From: Aeropyrum pernix K1
GTDB taxonomy: Archaea; Thermoproteota; Thermoprotei_A; Sulfolobales; Acidilobaceae
Length of the DNA: 32,000 bases
Direction of reading: 5' to 3'
Assembly: GCF_000011125.1 (NCBI RefSeq)
Contig: NC_000854.2
Location: 810,001-842,000, forward strand
Shown: positions 15,405 to 23,840 of the stretch, in pieces
Position numbering within the stretch: position 1 is the first letter of the stretch
Layout of the letters: every line of letters begins with the position of its first letter
Position numbers and translations under genes: made by a program
Notes under the pieces: generated by a model
Told to the model about the DNA's origin: nothing
Seen by the model: the letters and a program-made list of their open reading frames with translations, nothing else
Databases searched by the model: none

Positions 15405-16697
15405 CTAACCTCCCTCCTCTATCGTGTACCTGGCACAGTCAACCTGGCTGGGCGCCTCGAACTTGCCCATAAGCTGTAGCTCACCGTTCTCGCCCAGCTT
15501 TATTATGAACACCTTCCTGTAGGCTAGGTGGAAGCCTGGCTCGTAGTCTATTGTGTCGGCTGTTATGCCCCCGAGGTCGAAGGTGTTAGCCTCTAGCGCC
15601 TCCTTAAGGGCCTCTCCACCCCTCTCCTGGAGGTCCTGCGAGGTTACAGACTCTATCGCCTTTATGAGCAGCCATACGTTGACGAAGCCCTGGACGACCC
15701 TAAGGTTAATCTGGTCCTCGGAGACCCCGTTCATCCTTGCAGCCTCGAATATAGTCTGTATGCCCTCAACGTCCTGGCCGAACATGGGGTATATGAAAGG
15801 TGAGATGCCGAAGACCTTACCATAGCCACCCTCTCCTATAAGCTGTGGGCTCCTCTCGTCGAAGCCCCAGACGTTGGTTAGTAGGAATGCGTCAAGCCCA
15901 ACCTTGGCCATAGCCCTGCCCAGGAGGCTGCAGCTGCTTATAGTGTTACCGCACCACACGTAGTCGGGATCGGCGGCTAGCATCTCCCTGGCTATCCTCT
16001 CCGCGTCCGCCTCGGTGGCCCTCAGCGGGAGGTCGTAGTCGCCAACCACCTGCAGCCCTAGAGAGGGGGCTGCTTTCTTTATAGCCCCTATAGGGCTCCT
16101 CGAGTACGCTACCTTGCTGTCGTAGGCTAGGGCCAGCTTGCCCTGGCCGAACTCGCTGGCCAGGAAGGCGAGGCCGGAGCAGGCTTGGGTGCTGTAGTCG
16201 GGGGCTGGGTAGAAGTTGAAGGGCTTGACAAGCAGCTTCGCCGAGTAGCTGGCTGAGATGTAGGTTATCTTGTCGGTGTCGACCTGGTCGGAGAGCTTCT
16301 CAGTGTCGGCGGTGCCCCAACCTATGATGGCTATCACACCATACCTGTCCCTGAACTCCCTGTAGTACTCCTCGGCGGTGGTCGGGTTGTAGGCGTAATC
16401 CCTCTTTATATAGTTAATGTTAACCCTGACGCCATCCTTAGTGTATATCCCCTTCTCGTTGAAGTACTTGAAGGCGAGTTCCGCACCCAGGGAGTAGCCT
16501 TTGCCCACGTCGCTCGTGGGACCTGTCTCGTCGACGAGTAGCCCTACGTTTATTGTTATAGTCTTCTCGGCTTCTCCACCTTCTCCAGCCGCCTCCTCTC
16601 CTCCCATGAGGAAGAACGCTGCTGCCGCTATGACTATCAAAGCCACTATAGCTGCCGCCGCGTAGATGAGGGTCCGGTTTTGGGCCACTTTAAGCAC
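15405..16697 (-). CDS. Liv-type (PBP type 1) substrate-binding protein, membrane-anchored by an N-terminal TM helix
   Basis: 430 aa. The N-terminal anchor is LIYAAAAIVALIVIAAAAFFLMGG, followed by an acidic linker. Next comes INVGLLVDETGPTSDVGKGYSLGAELAFKYFNEKG, typical of Leu/Ile/Val-binding-protein-family receptors. GTG start preceded by GAGGTG. Confidence 0.85.
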   Translation of the reverse strand: MLKVAQNRTLIYAAAAIVALIVIAAAAFFLMGGEEAAGEGGEAEKTITINVGLLVDETGPTSDVGKGYSLGAELAFKYFNEKGIYTKDGVRVNINYIKRDYAYNPTTAEEYYREFRDRYGVIAIIGWGTADTEKLSDQVDTDKITYISASYSAKLLVKPFNFYPAPDYSTQACSGLAFLASEFGQGKLALAYDSKVAYSRSPIGAIKKAAPSLGLQVVGDYDLPLRATEADAERIAREMLAADPDYVWCGNTISSCSLLGRAMAKVGLDAFLLTNVWGFDERSPQLIGEGGYGKVFGISPFIYPMFGQDVEGIQTIFEAARMNGVSEDQINLRVVQGFVNVWLLIKAIESVTSQDLQERGGEALKEALEANTFDLGGITADTIDYEPGFHLAYRKVFIIKLGENGELQLMGKFEAPSQVDCARYTIEEGG

Positions 16698-16781
16698 ACC
16701 TCATATTCTGTTAAACAAGCGTTTTCAACGAGAGAATATAAATTTTTTATAAAAGAGAATTTGTATATTAACAGTCAAGTT
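16698..16781 (-). promoter_or_regulatory. AT-rich internal promoter region in front of the binding-protein gene
   Basis: This is the only sizeable gap (84 nt) in the operon. It contains the palindromic TTTTATAAAA (16745-16754), flanking AGAGAAT direct repeats (16731-16737 and 16754-16760) and a TAATATAC element. Confidence 0.55.
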
Positions 16782-17831
16782 CTAATAGCTATAAGGCCAT
16801 AGTCTGAAGTACTCTTTAACCCTCCTCAGCACCGCTATCAAGCCCTCAGGCTCCGCTATGATGAACGCCACTATCAGGAAGCCCAGGACGATGTATTTGG
16901 CTGAGGAGGCTATGATCGATAGCCCAATCCCGGCTAGCAGAGGGGTTATAGTACTCTCCATCATAGTCCAGCCCGTCCTCATAACTAACACCCCTAGGAG
17001 GCTGCCCCAAACCACCCTGCCCGGGCCGCCGATCAGCACCATGCCCAGGAGCTCTATCGAGTTCACCAGGGTGAAGCCCTCCCAGCCTATCCCAGAACTG
17101 TAGATGGCGTAGAGGCCGCCTGCAACTCCGGCGTAGAACCCGCCGATGGCGAAGGCTGTAGCTTTAACTAGCTGGACGTTTATGCCTATAGCCTCTGACG
17201 CGACGTCGTTGTCCCTTACCGCTTTCATTGCCCTCCCCAGGCTGGAGCGGCCTATGTTCGCCGCTGCGAGCGCCATAACCACTGTTATTGCTAGTATAAA
17301 GTAGTAGAGGGCCGTCGGCTCCGTGAGGCTTATGCCGAGGAGGGTCTTCGTCTCCGGCGGTACGGGGGTATACTGGTCAGGGTCTATCCTCGAGTAAACG
17401 TACTCTAGTATGAGCTGTGCCGCGAGGCTTGCCATAGCCAGATAGTACTCCTTCAACCTGAAGCTGGGCAGGCTTAGTATTATACCCAGGAGGGCGGCCG
17501 CCAACCCGGCTATAGGTAGTATGGCTACGGAGTTGACACCCAGGTGGAGCGCCGCGTTAGCTACTGTATAGGCTCCTATGCCCATGAGGGCGGCGTGGGC
17601 AAGTGATATCTGGCCCGCGAGGCCCAGCGTTATGTTGAGGCCTATGGCGGCTATCCAGAATATCATCATAACTACCAGCAGGTTGAGGTAGTACTTGCCT
17701 ATTACGAAAGGCGCGGCGACCGCGGCAACCACGGCGAGTATTAGAGCCGCCCAGTGGATGGGGTACCGGAAGATGGCCATATCAGCCTCGTAACTCTCCT
17801 TGAATACTCCCGCCGGCATCCAATCCACCAC
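16782..17831 (-). CDS. livM: Liv-type ABC transporter permease (LivM family)
   Basis: 349-aa polytopic protein. Its position after livH, its size, and the GLAGQISLAHAALMGIGAY motif are typical of LivM-family permeases. Confidence 0.85.
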   Translation of the reverse strand: MVDWMPAGVFKESYEADMAIFRYPIHWAALILAVVAAVAAPFVIGKYYLNLLVVMMIFWIAAIGLNITLGLAGQISLAHAALMGIGAYTVANAALHLGVNSVAILPIAGLAAALLGIILSLPSFRLKEYYLAMASLAAQLILEYVYSRIDPDQYTPVPPETKTLLGISLTEPTALYYFILAITVVMALAAANIGRSSLGRAMKAVRDNDVASEAIGINVQLVKATAFAIGGFYAGVAGGLYAIYSSGIGWEGFTLVNSIELLGMVLIGGPGRVVWGSLLGVLVMRTGWTMMESTITPLLAGIGLSIIASSAKYIVLGFLIVAFIIAEPEGLIAVLRRVKEYFRLWPYSY

Positions 17832-17835
17832 CCGG

Positions 17836-18720
17836 CTAGAGCCTCTCTATCCTCTCACTGCCGAAGAGGCCGTAGGGCTTGACTAGGAGTACTAGGAATA
17901 GTATGAAGAACGCGATATCCCTCCCTATACCGGGCAGGTAGGGGTCCAGAGTTTTGCTGGCTATCTGCTCGGCCAGGCCGAGGAAGACGCCTCCCACGAC
18001 TATTCCTCCCAGGCTGTCGAGACCCGCTATAAGGCTAGCTGCTAGGGCTATTATCGCGAAGAACTCGAGGTCCGGCGACACCTGTGTTTTGATTGAGAGG
18101 AGGAGGGCTGCGAGGCCGCTCACGAGGCCGGCAAGAGCCCAGCCGGCCAGCATGAGCCTCCTCACAGGGAGCCCGTAGGCGGCTGCGCCCTCTGCGTCCT
18201 CCGCCACACCCCTCATAGCAGCGCCGAAGCTAGTTTTCCTATGGAGGACGATGATGCCGGCTAGCACGGCTATCGAGCCTAGAAGGGCTATAACATCGTT
18301 TGTGCCGAGCGTCAGGAAGCCCAGCCTGTACACTTCGGGGTAGAAGGGGAGTACCGCGACCTCGCCCTTTCCAACTATTAGGACAACACCCTTAAGCATG
18401 TAGAATAGTCCCAGGGTTGCTCCAATCAAGGCTATGGGGGGACGGCCTAGCAGAGGCTTCGCGACGAACCTCTCCATGGCCATGCTGACGGCGATGCTGG
18501 CGGCTAGAGCTATGGCCACAGCCGCCAGGAGGTTGCCCGTGGCTATCGAGGCTATCCAAGCCAGGTAGGCTGCTAGTAGCACAACCTCGGGTACTGCGAA
18601 GTTTATGGACTTGTTGACCCTGTAGACGATGTTGTAGCCTAGGGCTATGAGGGAGTATAGGAGCCCCATGAGGACGCCCTGGAAAACCAGGTTCCCCCAC
18701 TGCTCCAGGAGGCCGGCCAC
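17836..18720 (-). CDS. livH: Liv-type ABC transporter permease (LivH family)
   Basis: 294-aa polytopic protein. The N-terminus QGVLMGLLYSLIALGYNIVYRV... is typical of LivH. Confidence 0.85.
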   Translation of the reverse strand: MAGLLEQWGNLVFQGVLMGLLYSLIALGYNIVYRVNKSINFAVPEVVLLAAYLAWIASIATGNLLAAVAIALAASIAVSMAMERFVAKPLLGRPPIALIGATLGLFYMLKGVVLIVGKGEVAVLPFYPEVYRLGFLTLGTNDVIALLGSIAVLAGIIVLHRKTSFGAAMRGVAEDAEGAAAYGLPVRRLMLAGWALAGLVSGLAALLLSIKTQVSPDLEFFAIIALAASLIAGLDSLGGIVVGGVFLGLAEQIASKTLDPYLPGIGRDIAFFILFLVLLVKPYGLFGSERIERL

Positions 18721-18726
18721 AATGCT

Positions 18727-20682
18727 TCACCCCTCAACATCTATTATCTTGACCCTCCTGGTCACCTGGACCCTCCTCCCGTCCTCAAGCTTCATAGTGA
18801 CCGTGAGCTCGTACTCCTCGTCGCCACTGTAGATAGCCTCTATCAGGCCCGCGTACCTCGACTCTATAACCATCCTCCTGAGCTTCCTAGTCCTCGTCAT
18901 CTCCTCGTCGTCGGGGTGGAACTCCTTGAAGAGGCTGACGAACCTCCGTATCCTCTCCTTCTCGGGGAGCCTCCTGTTCACCTTCTCTATCTCCCTCTTA
19001 AGGAGCTGGAGGACCTCGGGCTTCTGAGAAAGGTCTGAGTAGCTTGTGAATGGTATCCTCCGTCTCTCAGCCCATCTAGACACTATTTCGAAGTCTATGT
19101 TGACGAGGGCGGCTAGATAAGGTTTCCCGGAGCCCACTATAGCCGCCTCCCCTATGTAGGGGCTGAACTTCAGCTTATTCTGTATGACCTGGGGTGCAAC
19201 CTTGGTGCCGTCGGAGAGGATTATGATCTCCTTAGCCCTATCCAGAACCTTTAGGTGGCCGTCTTCGGTAAGCACACCCACATCGCCCGTCCTCAGCCAC
19301 CCGTCCACTATAGTCTTCGCCGTGGCCTCCTCGTTCTTGTAGTAGCCCTTCATCATAGCCGGGCTCCTCATCAGTATTTCACCGTCCTCAGCTATCTTCA
19401 CCTCGGTGAGGGGTAGAGGCTTGCCAACAGTGTCGGGCCTAACATCGTCGTCGGGATGGACGACCGCAATCCCCGCCACCTCGGTCTGGCCGTAAATCTG
19501 CTTAAGGTTCACACCGAGTGAGTGGTAGAATATGACGTAGTCCTCCCCTATCATCGCACCGCCAGTATACGCCCTGACTATCCTCTTCAGCCCGGCCTTG
19601 TCCAGAACGGCCCTTAGAGCTAGCCAGTAGGCCAGGTAGTATAGGGCCCTCCAGAGGGTCGGCGGCCTGCTGCGCCCTTTCACGAGCCTCCTCCTAGCGG
19701 CCTCATACCCTATCTTATAGGCCAGCCTGAAGGCGGCCCTCTTGATAGGGTCGGCATCGTCAACCCTGGCCATAATGTCTTTTGCAATCCTCTCCCATAC
19801 CCTCGGCGGGGAGAACATGAAGTGGGGGGCGATCTCCCTGAAATCCCTCCAAAGTGTGTGCGGCGTCTCTGGGAAGTTGACTTTGAACCCGCCTATCATG
19901 TGGTAGGGTATACTCATCATCTGCTCCCCTATCCATGCTGTTGGTAGGAAGGAGACGTACTCCCAATCCTCCCTCACCGGGTCGACGGTGTTTAGCTGGT
20001 GGGCCATTGCAAGCATGTTCTTGAAGGATATCATGGCGAGCTTCGGAAGGCCTGTGGTGCCGCTCGTGGTGAAGAGGCCGCAAACCATGTCTGGCTCCAG
20101 CTCGCCCATCAGCTTCTTAACCTGCTGATCGCCTCCGTCCGAGTAGAGCTTCCTCCCGAGCCTCATCACGTCCCCGAAGGTCACTAACTTAGAGCCGACC
20201 ATCCCCCTGTATTGGTGAAGTCCTTTCGCCTCGTCAACAATTATCTTGTCAACATCTACACCTGAGTCTAGAACCCTGTCGAGCTGCTCCTGACCCTCTA
20301 CAAGCACGAACTTGGCATCGCCACTGTCGAGGAGGTAGCCTACCTCGTCGCTCAGGCTGTCCCGATATATGCCCATGGCCCTGCCTCCCAGGAGCTGGAC
20401 TCCGACCTCGTATATCACCCATGAGGGCCGGTTGAACGTTATGAAAGCCCCTGTATCGCCCGGCCCGAGGCCAAGGTTCTCCAGGGCAAGAGCCGCGTAG
20501 GCCACCCTCAAGTAGTAGTCACGCCAGGTATACCTCCTCCAGATCCCATACCTCTTCCACCTGAAGGCCACCCTCCCAGGCTGTGTCCTGGCGCGCCACT
20601 CGAGGAGCCATGGGAAGGTGGACTCGTATACCTCCCCCTCCCAAGGCTTCTCCCGCCGCCTCTCCACGCTACGTGCCTCCAC
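18727..20682 (-). CDS. AMP-forming long-chain acyl-CoA synthetase (COG1022/FAA1-like), embedded in the ABC operon
   Basis: 651 aa. The AMP-binding P-loop LFTTSGTTGLPKLA is intact. Other core motifs are IYGQTE, GWLRTGDVG and LDRAKEIIILSDGTKVAPQVIQNKL. Gaps to the flanking livG and livH genes are 3 and 6 nt. Confidence 0.9.
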   Translation of the reverse strand: MEARSVERRREKPWEGEVYESTFPWLLEWRARTQPGRVAFRWKRYGIWRRYTWRDYYLRVAYAALALENLGLGPGDTGAFITFNRPSWVIYEVGVQLLGGRAMGIYRDSLSDEVGYLLDSGDAKFVLVEGQEQLDRVLDSGVDVDKIIVDEAKGLHQYRGMVGSKLVTFGDVMRLGRKLYSDGGDQQVKKLMGELEPDMVCGLFTTSGTTGLPKLAMISFKNMLAMAHQLNTVDPVREDWEYVSFLPTAWIGEQMMSIPYHMIGGFKVNFPETPHTLWRDFREIAPHFMFSPPRVWERIAKDIMARVDDADPIKRAAFRLAYKIGYEAARRRLVKGRSRPPTLWRALYYLAYWLALRAVLDKAGLKRIVRAYTGGAMIGEDYVIFYHSLGVNLKQIYGQTEVAGIAVVHPDDDVRPDTVGKPLPLTEVKIAEDGEILMRSPAMMKGYYKNEEATAKTIVDGWLRTGDVGVLTEDGHLKVLDRAKEIIILSDGTKVAPQVIQNKLKFSPYIGEAAIVGSGKPYLAALVNIDFEIVSRWAERRRIPFTSYSDLSQKPEVLQLLKREIEKVNRRLPEKERIRRFVSLFKEFHPDDEEMTRTRKLRRMVIESRYAGLIEAIYSGDEEYELTVTMKLEDGRRVQVTRRVKIIDVEG

Positions 20683-20685
20683 TAC

Positions 20686-21627
20686 CTACTCACCCAGGTA
20701 AGCCTTCCTCACTCTCTCATCGGCAACCGCCTCGTGGGGAGGACCTTCGAATATAACCTTGCCATAATCCATGACCACTACTCTGTCGCATACGTCGGTG
20801 ACGACCTCCATGTCGTGTTCGATTAGGACCATAGTGGTGTGCATAGTCTCGCTAGTCTCGATAATCGCCCTCACAATATCCTCCTTCTCCTCCTTGGACA
20901 GCCCTGCCATGGGCTCGTCCATAAGCACTACCTCGGGGTTCTGGGCAAGGGCGCCGGCGAGGTCGACCTTCTTCTGGATGCCTGGGGGTAGGGCGCCTAT
21001 GGGGCTGTGCCTGTGCTCGTGGAGGTCTAGGAGATCGATAACATGCTCCGCCCTCTCCCTGGCCTCAACCTCCCACCTTTTAGCTCTGAAAGCCCAGAGT
21101 GCCTTCTCTAATATGCTCCCCCTGGTCCAGGGGTGAAGTCTTACCATGATGTTCTCTAGGACGGTCATGCTGTGGAATAGCTCGCTGTGCTGAAAGGTCC
21201 TGGATAGGCCGAGCGTGATGCGTTGGTGGGGTTTGAGGCCTGTTATGTCTCGTCCTTTAAAGTACACCCTCCCCCTCTGCGGCTTGTAGACGCCTGTTAT
21301 CACGTTTAGCAGGCTCGTCTTACCCGCCCCGTTAGGGCCTATGATACCCAGGATCTCTCCCCTCCTAACTTCCACACTAACGTTGTCAAGGGCTGTTACG
21401 CCTCCGAAGCGGAGGGTTATGTTCTCGGTCCACAGCACAGGCTCCCCTATTTGCCGGGGCCTCGTGTAGAGCTCGCCGTAGTCCCAAACTCTATCGAATT
21501 TGTACTTCTCGACGGTAGATGGAGAGGACAATGTAGCGTTGTCCCCCGATAGTGGGATAAGTCCATTATACGGAAAATAGACAGGGCTATTTAAACAGTA
21601 AATGCGAAGTTGGGATAGCCTGTTCAA
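20686..21627 (-). CDS. livG: ABC transporter ATP-binding protein, LivG type (start codon uncertain)
   Basis: Motifs: LRFGGVTALDNVSVEVRRGEILGIIGPNGAGKTS (Walker A) and VVLMDEPMAGL (Walker B). The maximal ORF starts at TTG 21627 and has no internal Met. GTG at 21438 (giving MLWTENITLRFGG...) would yield a canonical ~251-aa LivG. TTG at 21531 is a third option, downstream of a minus-strand TTTAAATA box at 21586-21593. Confidence 0.85.
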   Translation of the reverse strand: MNRLSQLRIYCLNSPVYFPYNGLIPLSGDNATLSSPSTVEKYKFDRVWDYGELYTRPRQIGEPVLWTENITLRFGGVTALDNVSVEVRRGEILGIIGPNGAGKTSLLNVITGVYKPQRGRVYFKGRDITGLKPHQRITLGLSRTFQHSELFHSMTVLENIMVRLHPWTRGSILEKALWAFRAKRWEVEARERAEHVIDLLDLHEHRHSPIGALPPGIQKKVDLAGALAQNPEVVLMDEPMAGLSKEEKEDIVRAIIETSETMHTTMVLIEHDMEVVTDVCDRVVVMDYGKVIFEGPPHEAVADERVRKAYLGE

Positions 21628-21653
21628 AGGCTGTATATACTACATGAAGATGC

Positions 21654-23243
21654 GTGAAATATTTGACTCATGCCGTGGCAACCCGAGTATGGTGTGAAGC
21701 CTCGCCCGCTAAACCCTGGGAGGAGCTGTGGCCTCCCCAGGCGCCCAGGGATGTGGAGGCCCTTAGAGAGAGGTTCACCCCCATACACGAAGAGATATTC
21801 AAGAGGTCCTCACGGGAGGGCTGCGCCCTCATACAGGGGGAGACGGGCTACTGCTACACCTGGAAGAGCCTAGCGTCCTTCATAGAAAGGATTGGAGGCT
21901 GGCTCCAATCCAAAGGTGTCAGCCATGGAGCCCAGGTGGCAGTAGCCTCTGAGAACCTTATAGAGGCTATAGCCTTCTCTCTCGCAGTCCTAGCCTCTGG
22001 CGCCCGGCTCGTCCTAATCGACCCTCTCACCGTTGGCGAGGACCTCGAGTGGCAGCTGGAGGGGCGTAGGGGGCTGGAGACTCTCGCGGCCAGCAGGGGC
22101 TTCCTCGAGAGGAATAGGGAGGCTGTGTCGCGAATTGACAATATAAGTACTGTTATAGAACTCTCGAGCAACCCCCAGCCGCTCGAGGTAGGAGGGGTTG
22201 AGGTCCTCGGCCTCAACGAGGTCTTATCCAGCACTGCAGCGCTAGAGGATGATGTGGAGCCTGACGACGACTCCTTCTCAATATACTACGCAGGGATAGC
22301 TGGGAGAACCATGCAGGCAATCCACAGCCACCTCGGACTCTGGATGGGGTCTAAAGTGTTTGCCGCCACCGCGGGTATAGACAGGGAGACTGTAAGTCTG
22401 CTGGCGACGCCCTTCACCCACGTCCTCGGCCTTCAAGCTTCACTCGTGGCCCCCCTAATCCAGGGGGGTACAGTAGTGGCTCTGCAGAGGTGGAACCCCA
22501 GGCTGGCGGCGAGGCTCGTGTCATCTCTAAGGATAAACTATCTGGCTGGCGTCCCCCTGATGTTTCAGCAGCTGCTGGATCTGGGTGCCACCAGTGGACT
22601 GAGGCTGGCGATATCCGCGGGTGCCCCGCTGCCTCCCGAGCTGCAGAGGAGGTTCGGGAGGGAGACCGGTATTCCCCTGCTCCAGGCTTATGGCATGAGC
22701 GAGAGCCTCATCCTAACCTTCCAAACACCCAAGATAGCGGAGATCGAGGGCACGATTGGAGTTCCACTGCCTGGAGTCGAGGTTTCCCTCCTGGGCGACG
22801 ACGGCCTCCTCAGCCCGCCGCCGGGTGTGGGGGAGCTCGTGGTCCAGGCACCATGGGTTATGAAGGGTTACGAGTTTGAGGAGGAGAACTCCAAGGCTTT
22901 CATCGATGGGTGGCTGAGGACGGGTGATGTAATCGAGATTACCGATAGGGGAGTCATGTTCTTCAGGGGCGTGAGGAAAAGGATAATTAAATATAAGGGT
23001 TATGCAATACTAGCCAGGGATCTAGAGGTCATACTAGAGTCGCACCCCGACGTGCTGGAGGCGAGAGTGTGGGGTGAGCCCGCCGGCGATGTCGGGCAGA
23101 TACCGGTAGCAAGCGTCGTCCTAAGAGCCGGCTCCAGCGTGACGCCCGAGGATCTCATGGAGTACGTGAACCAGAGAGTCTCCTTCTACAAGAAGATAAG
23201 GCGTGTAGAGGTAGAGGGGTACAGGTATAGCCCTGCCCCCTAG
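21654..23243 (+). CDS. Adenylate-forming enzyme (acyl-CoA synthetase superfamily) with degenerate P-loop and no C-terminal A10 lysine motif
   Basis: 529 aa. Retained motifs are QAYGMSES, GELVVQAPWVMKGY, DGWLRTGDV and FFRGVRKRIIKYKGYAILARDLE. The P-loop position reads IYYAGIAGRTMQ instead of TSGTTGxPKG. The protein ends ...YKKIRRVEVEGYRYSPAP without the PKTxSGK motif. The start is GTG 21654 or GTG 21675; a TATA-like TGTATATA lies near 21633. Confidence 0.8.
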   Translation: MKYLTHAVATRVWCEASPAKPWEELWPPQAPRDVEALRERFTPIHEEIFKRSSREGCALIQGETGYCYTWKSLASFIERIGGWLQSKGVSHGAQVAVASENLIEAIAFSLAVLASGARLVLIDPLTVGEDLEWQLEGRRGLETLAASRGFLERNREAVSRIDNISTVIELSSNPQPLEVGGVEVLGLNEVLSSTAALEDDVEPDDDSFSIYYAGIAGRTMQAIHSHLGLWMGSKVFAATAGIDRETVSLLATPFTHVLGLQASLVAPLIQGGTVVALQRWNPRLAARLVSSLRINYLAGVPLMFQQLLDLGATSGLRLAISAGAPLPPELQRRFGRETGIPLLQAYGMSESLILTFQTPKIAEIEGTIGVPLPGVEVSLLGDDGLLSPPPGVGELVVQAPWVMKGYEFEEENSKAFIDGWLRTGDVIEITDRGVMFFRGVRKRIIKYKGYAILARDLEVILESHPDVLEARVWGEPAGDVGQIPVASVVLRAGSSVTPEDLMEYVNQRVSFYKKIRRVEVEGYRYSPAP

Positions 23244-23303
23244 GGCCATAAGACCCTAAATATATACCTGTCCAAGGGTAGGAGCCATTCTGGGATACAC
23301 CCT

Positions 23304-23840
23304 TTGATACCTCCCGAAGCTAGGCATGTTATCCCACTACCGCCAGTCGAGACTACAGCACCCCCAGTGCCAGTGGGGGAGGGAGGGGAGGCGGTTACAT
23401 ACACGGGAGCGGTGACAATACCATATATAGACGTAGGGAGCCCCGACGCTTCTGGGTCCGGGCTTATATACCTCGCCGCGGTAGTCGCCATCCTTTTCGT
23501 GGCCCTAGTGCTTCTTGGGGGCGGTGGGCGCGGCAGGTTCGGAGGGGGGTTCGCCCCTGCAGCTATTGTGGGTGGGCTCAGCAGGGCGTGGAGCTATCTC
23601 TACCCCGGCAGGAAGAGGAGCCTCAGGCTGGCCCTCGAGGCTATGTATGAGAAGGCGCTGGCCCGTGGGGCCCGGATAGCCAGGTCTATGACCCCGAGGG
23701 AGGCGGCGGGGGAGGCTGAGGCTGCTGGCCTGAGGGCCAGGGAGATAGTGGACATCTACTACGACGGGGTGTACGGCCCTCACGAGCCGAGTGAGGAGAT
23801 GGTGAGGAGGGCCTGGAGGCTGGTTAGGGATGAGGGGTAG
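23304..23840 (+). CDS. Single-pass membrane protein with DUF4129-like C-terminal domain
   Basis: 178 aa with a TTG start about 40 nt after the TATA-like AAATATATA (23259-23267). The TM segment is LIYLAAVVAILFVALVLLGG, followed by a Gly/Arg stretch. Next comes MTPREAAGEAEAAGL...IVDIYYDGVYGPHEPSEEMVRRAWRLV, which matches my memory of the DUF4129 pattern (TPrE...Y..arYg....e...). Confidence 0.6.
   Translation: MIPPEARHVIPLPPVETTAPPVPVGEGGEAVTYTGAVTIPYIDVGSPDASGSGLIYLAAVVAILFVALVLLGGGGRGRFGGGFAPAAIVGGLSRAWSYLYPGRKRSLRLALEAMYEKALARGARIARSMTPREAAGEAEAAGLRAREIVDIYYDGVYGPHEPSEEMVRRAWRLVRDEG

Noticed and set aside
16857-16906. C/D-box-sRNA-like pattern on the plus strand (ATGATGA ... CTGA, about 48 nt apart)
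   Set aside because: It lies entirely inside the livM coding sequence on the opposite strand. It has no clear C'/D' boxes or terminal stem, so it is probably a chance match.
23241-23306. The degenerate synthetase ORF and the DUF4129-like ORF are in the same reading frame, separated by a single TAG (23241-23243). I considered stop-codon read-through, pyrrolysine, or a split gene.
   Set aside because: Same-frame adjacency has a one-in-three chance. The intervening translation (GHKTLNIYLSKGRSHSG...) does not restore the missing PKTxSGK motif. A TATA box sits in the gap, and the downstream gene belongs functionally to the MoxR operon.
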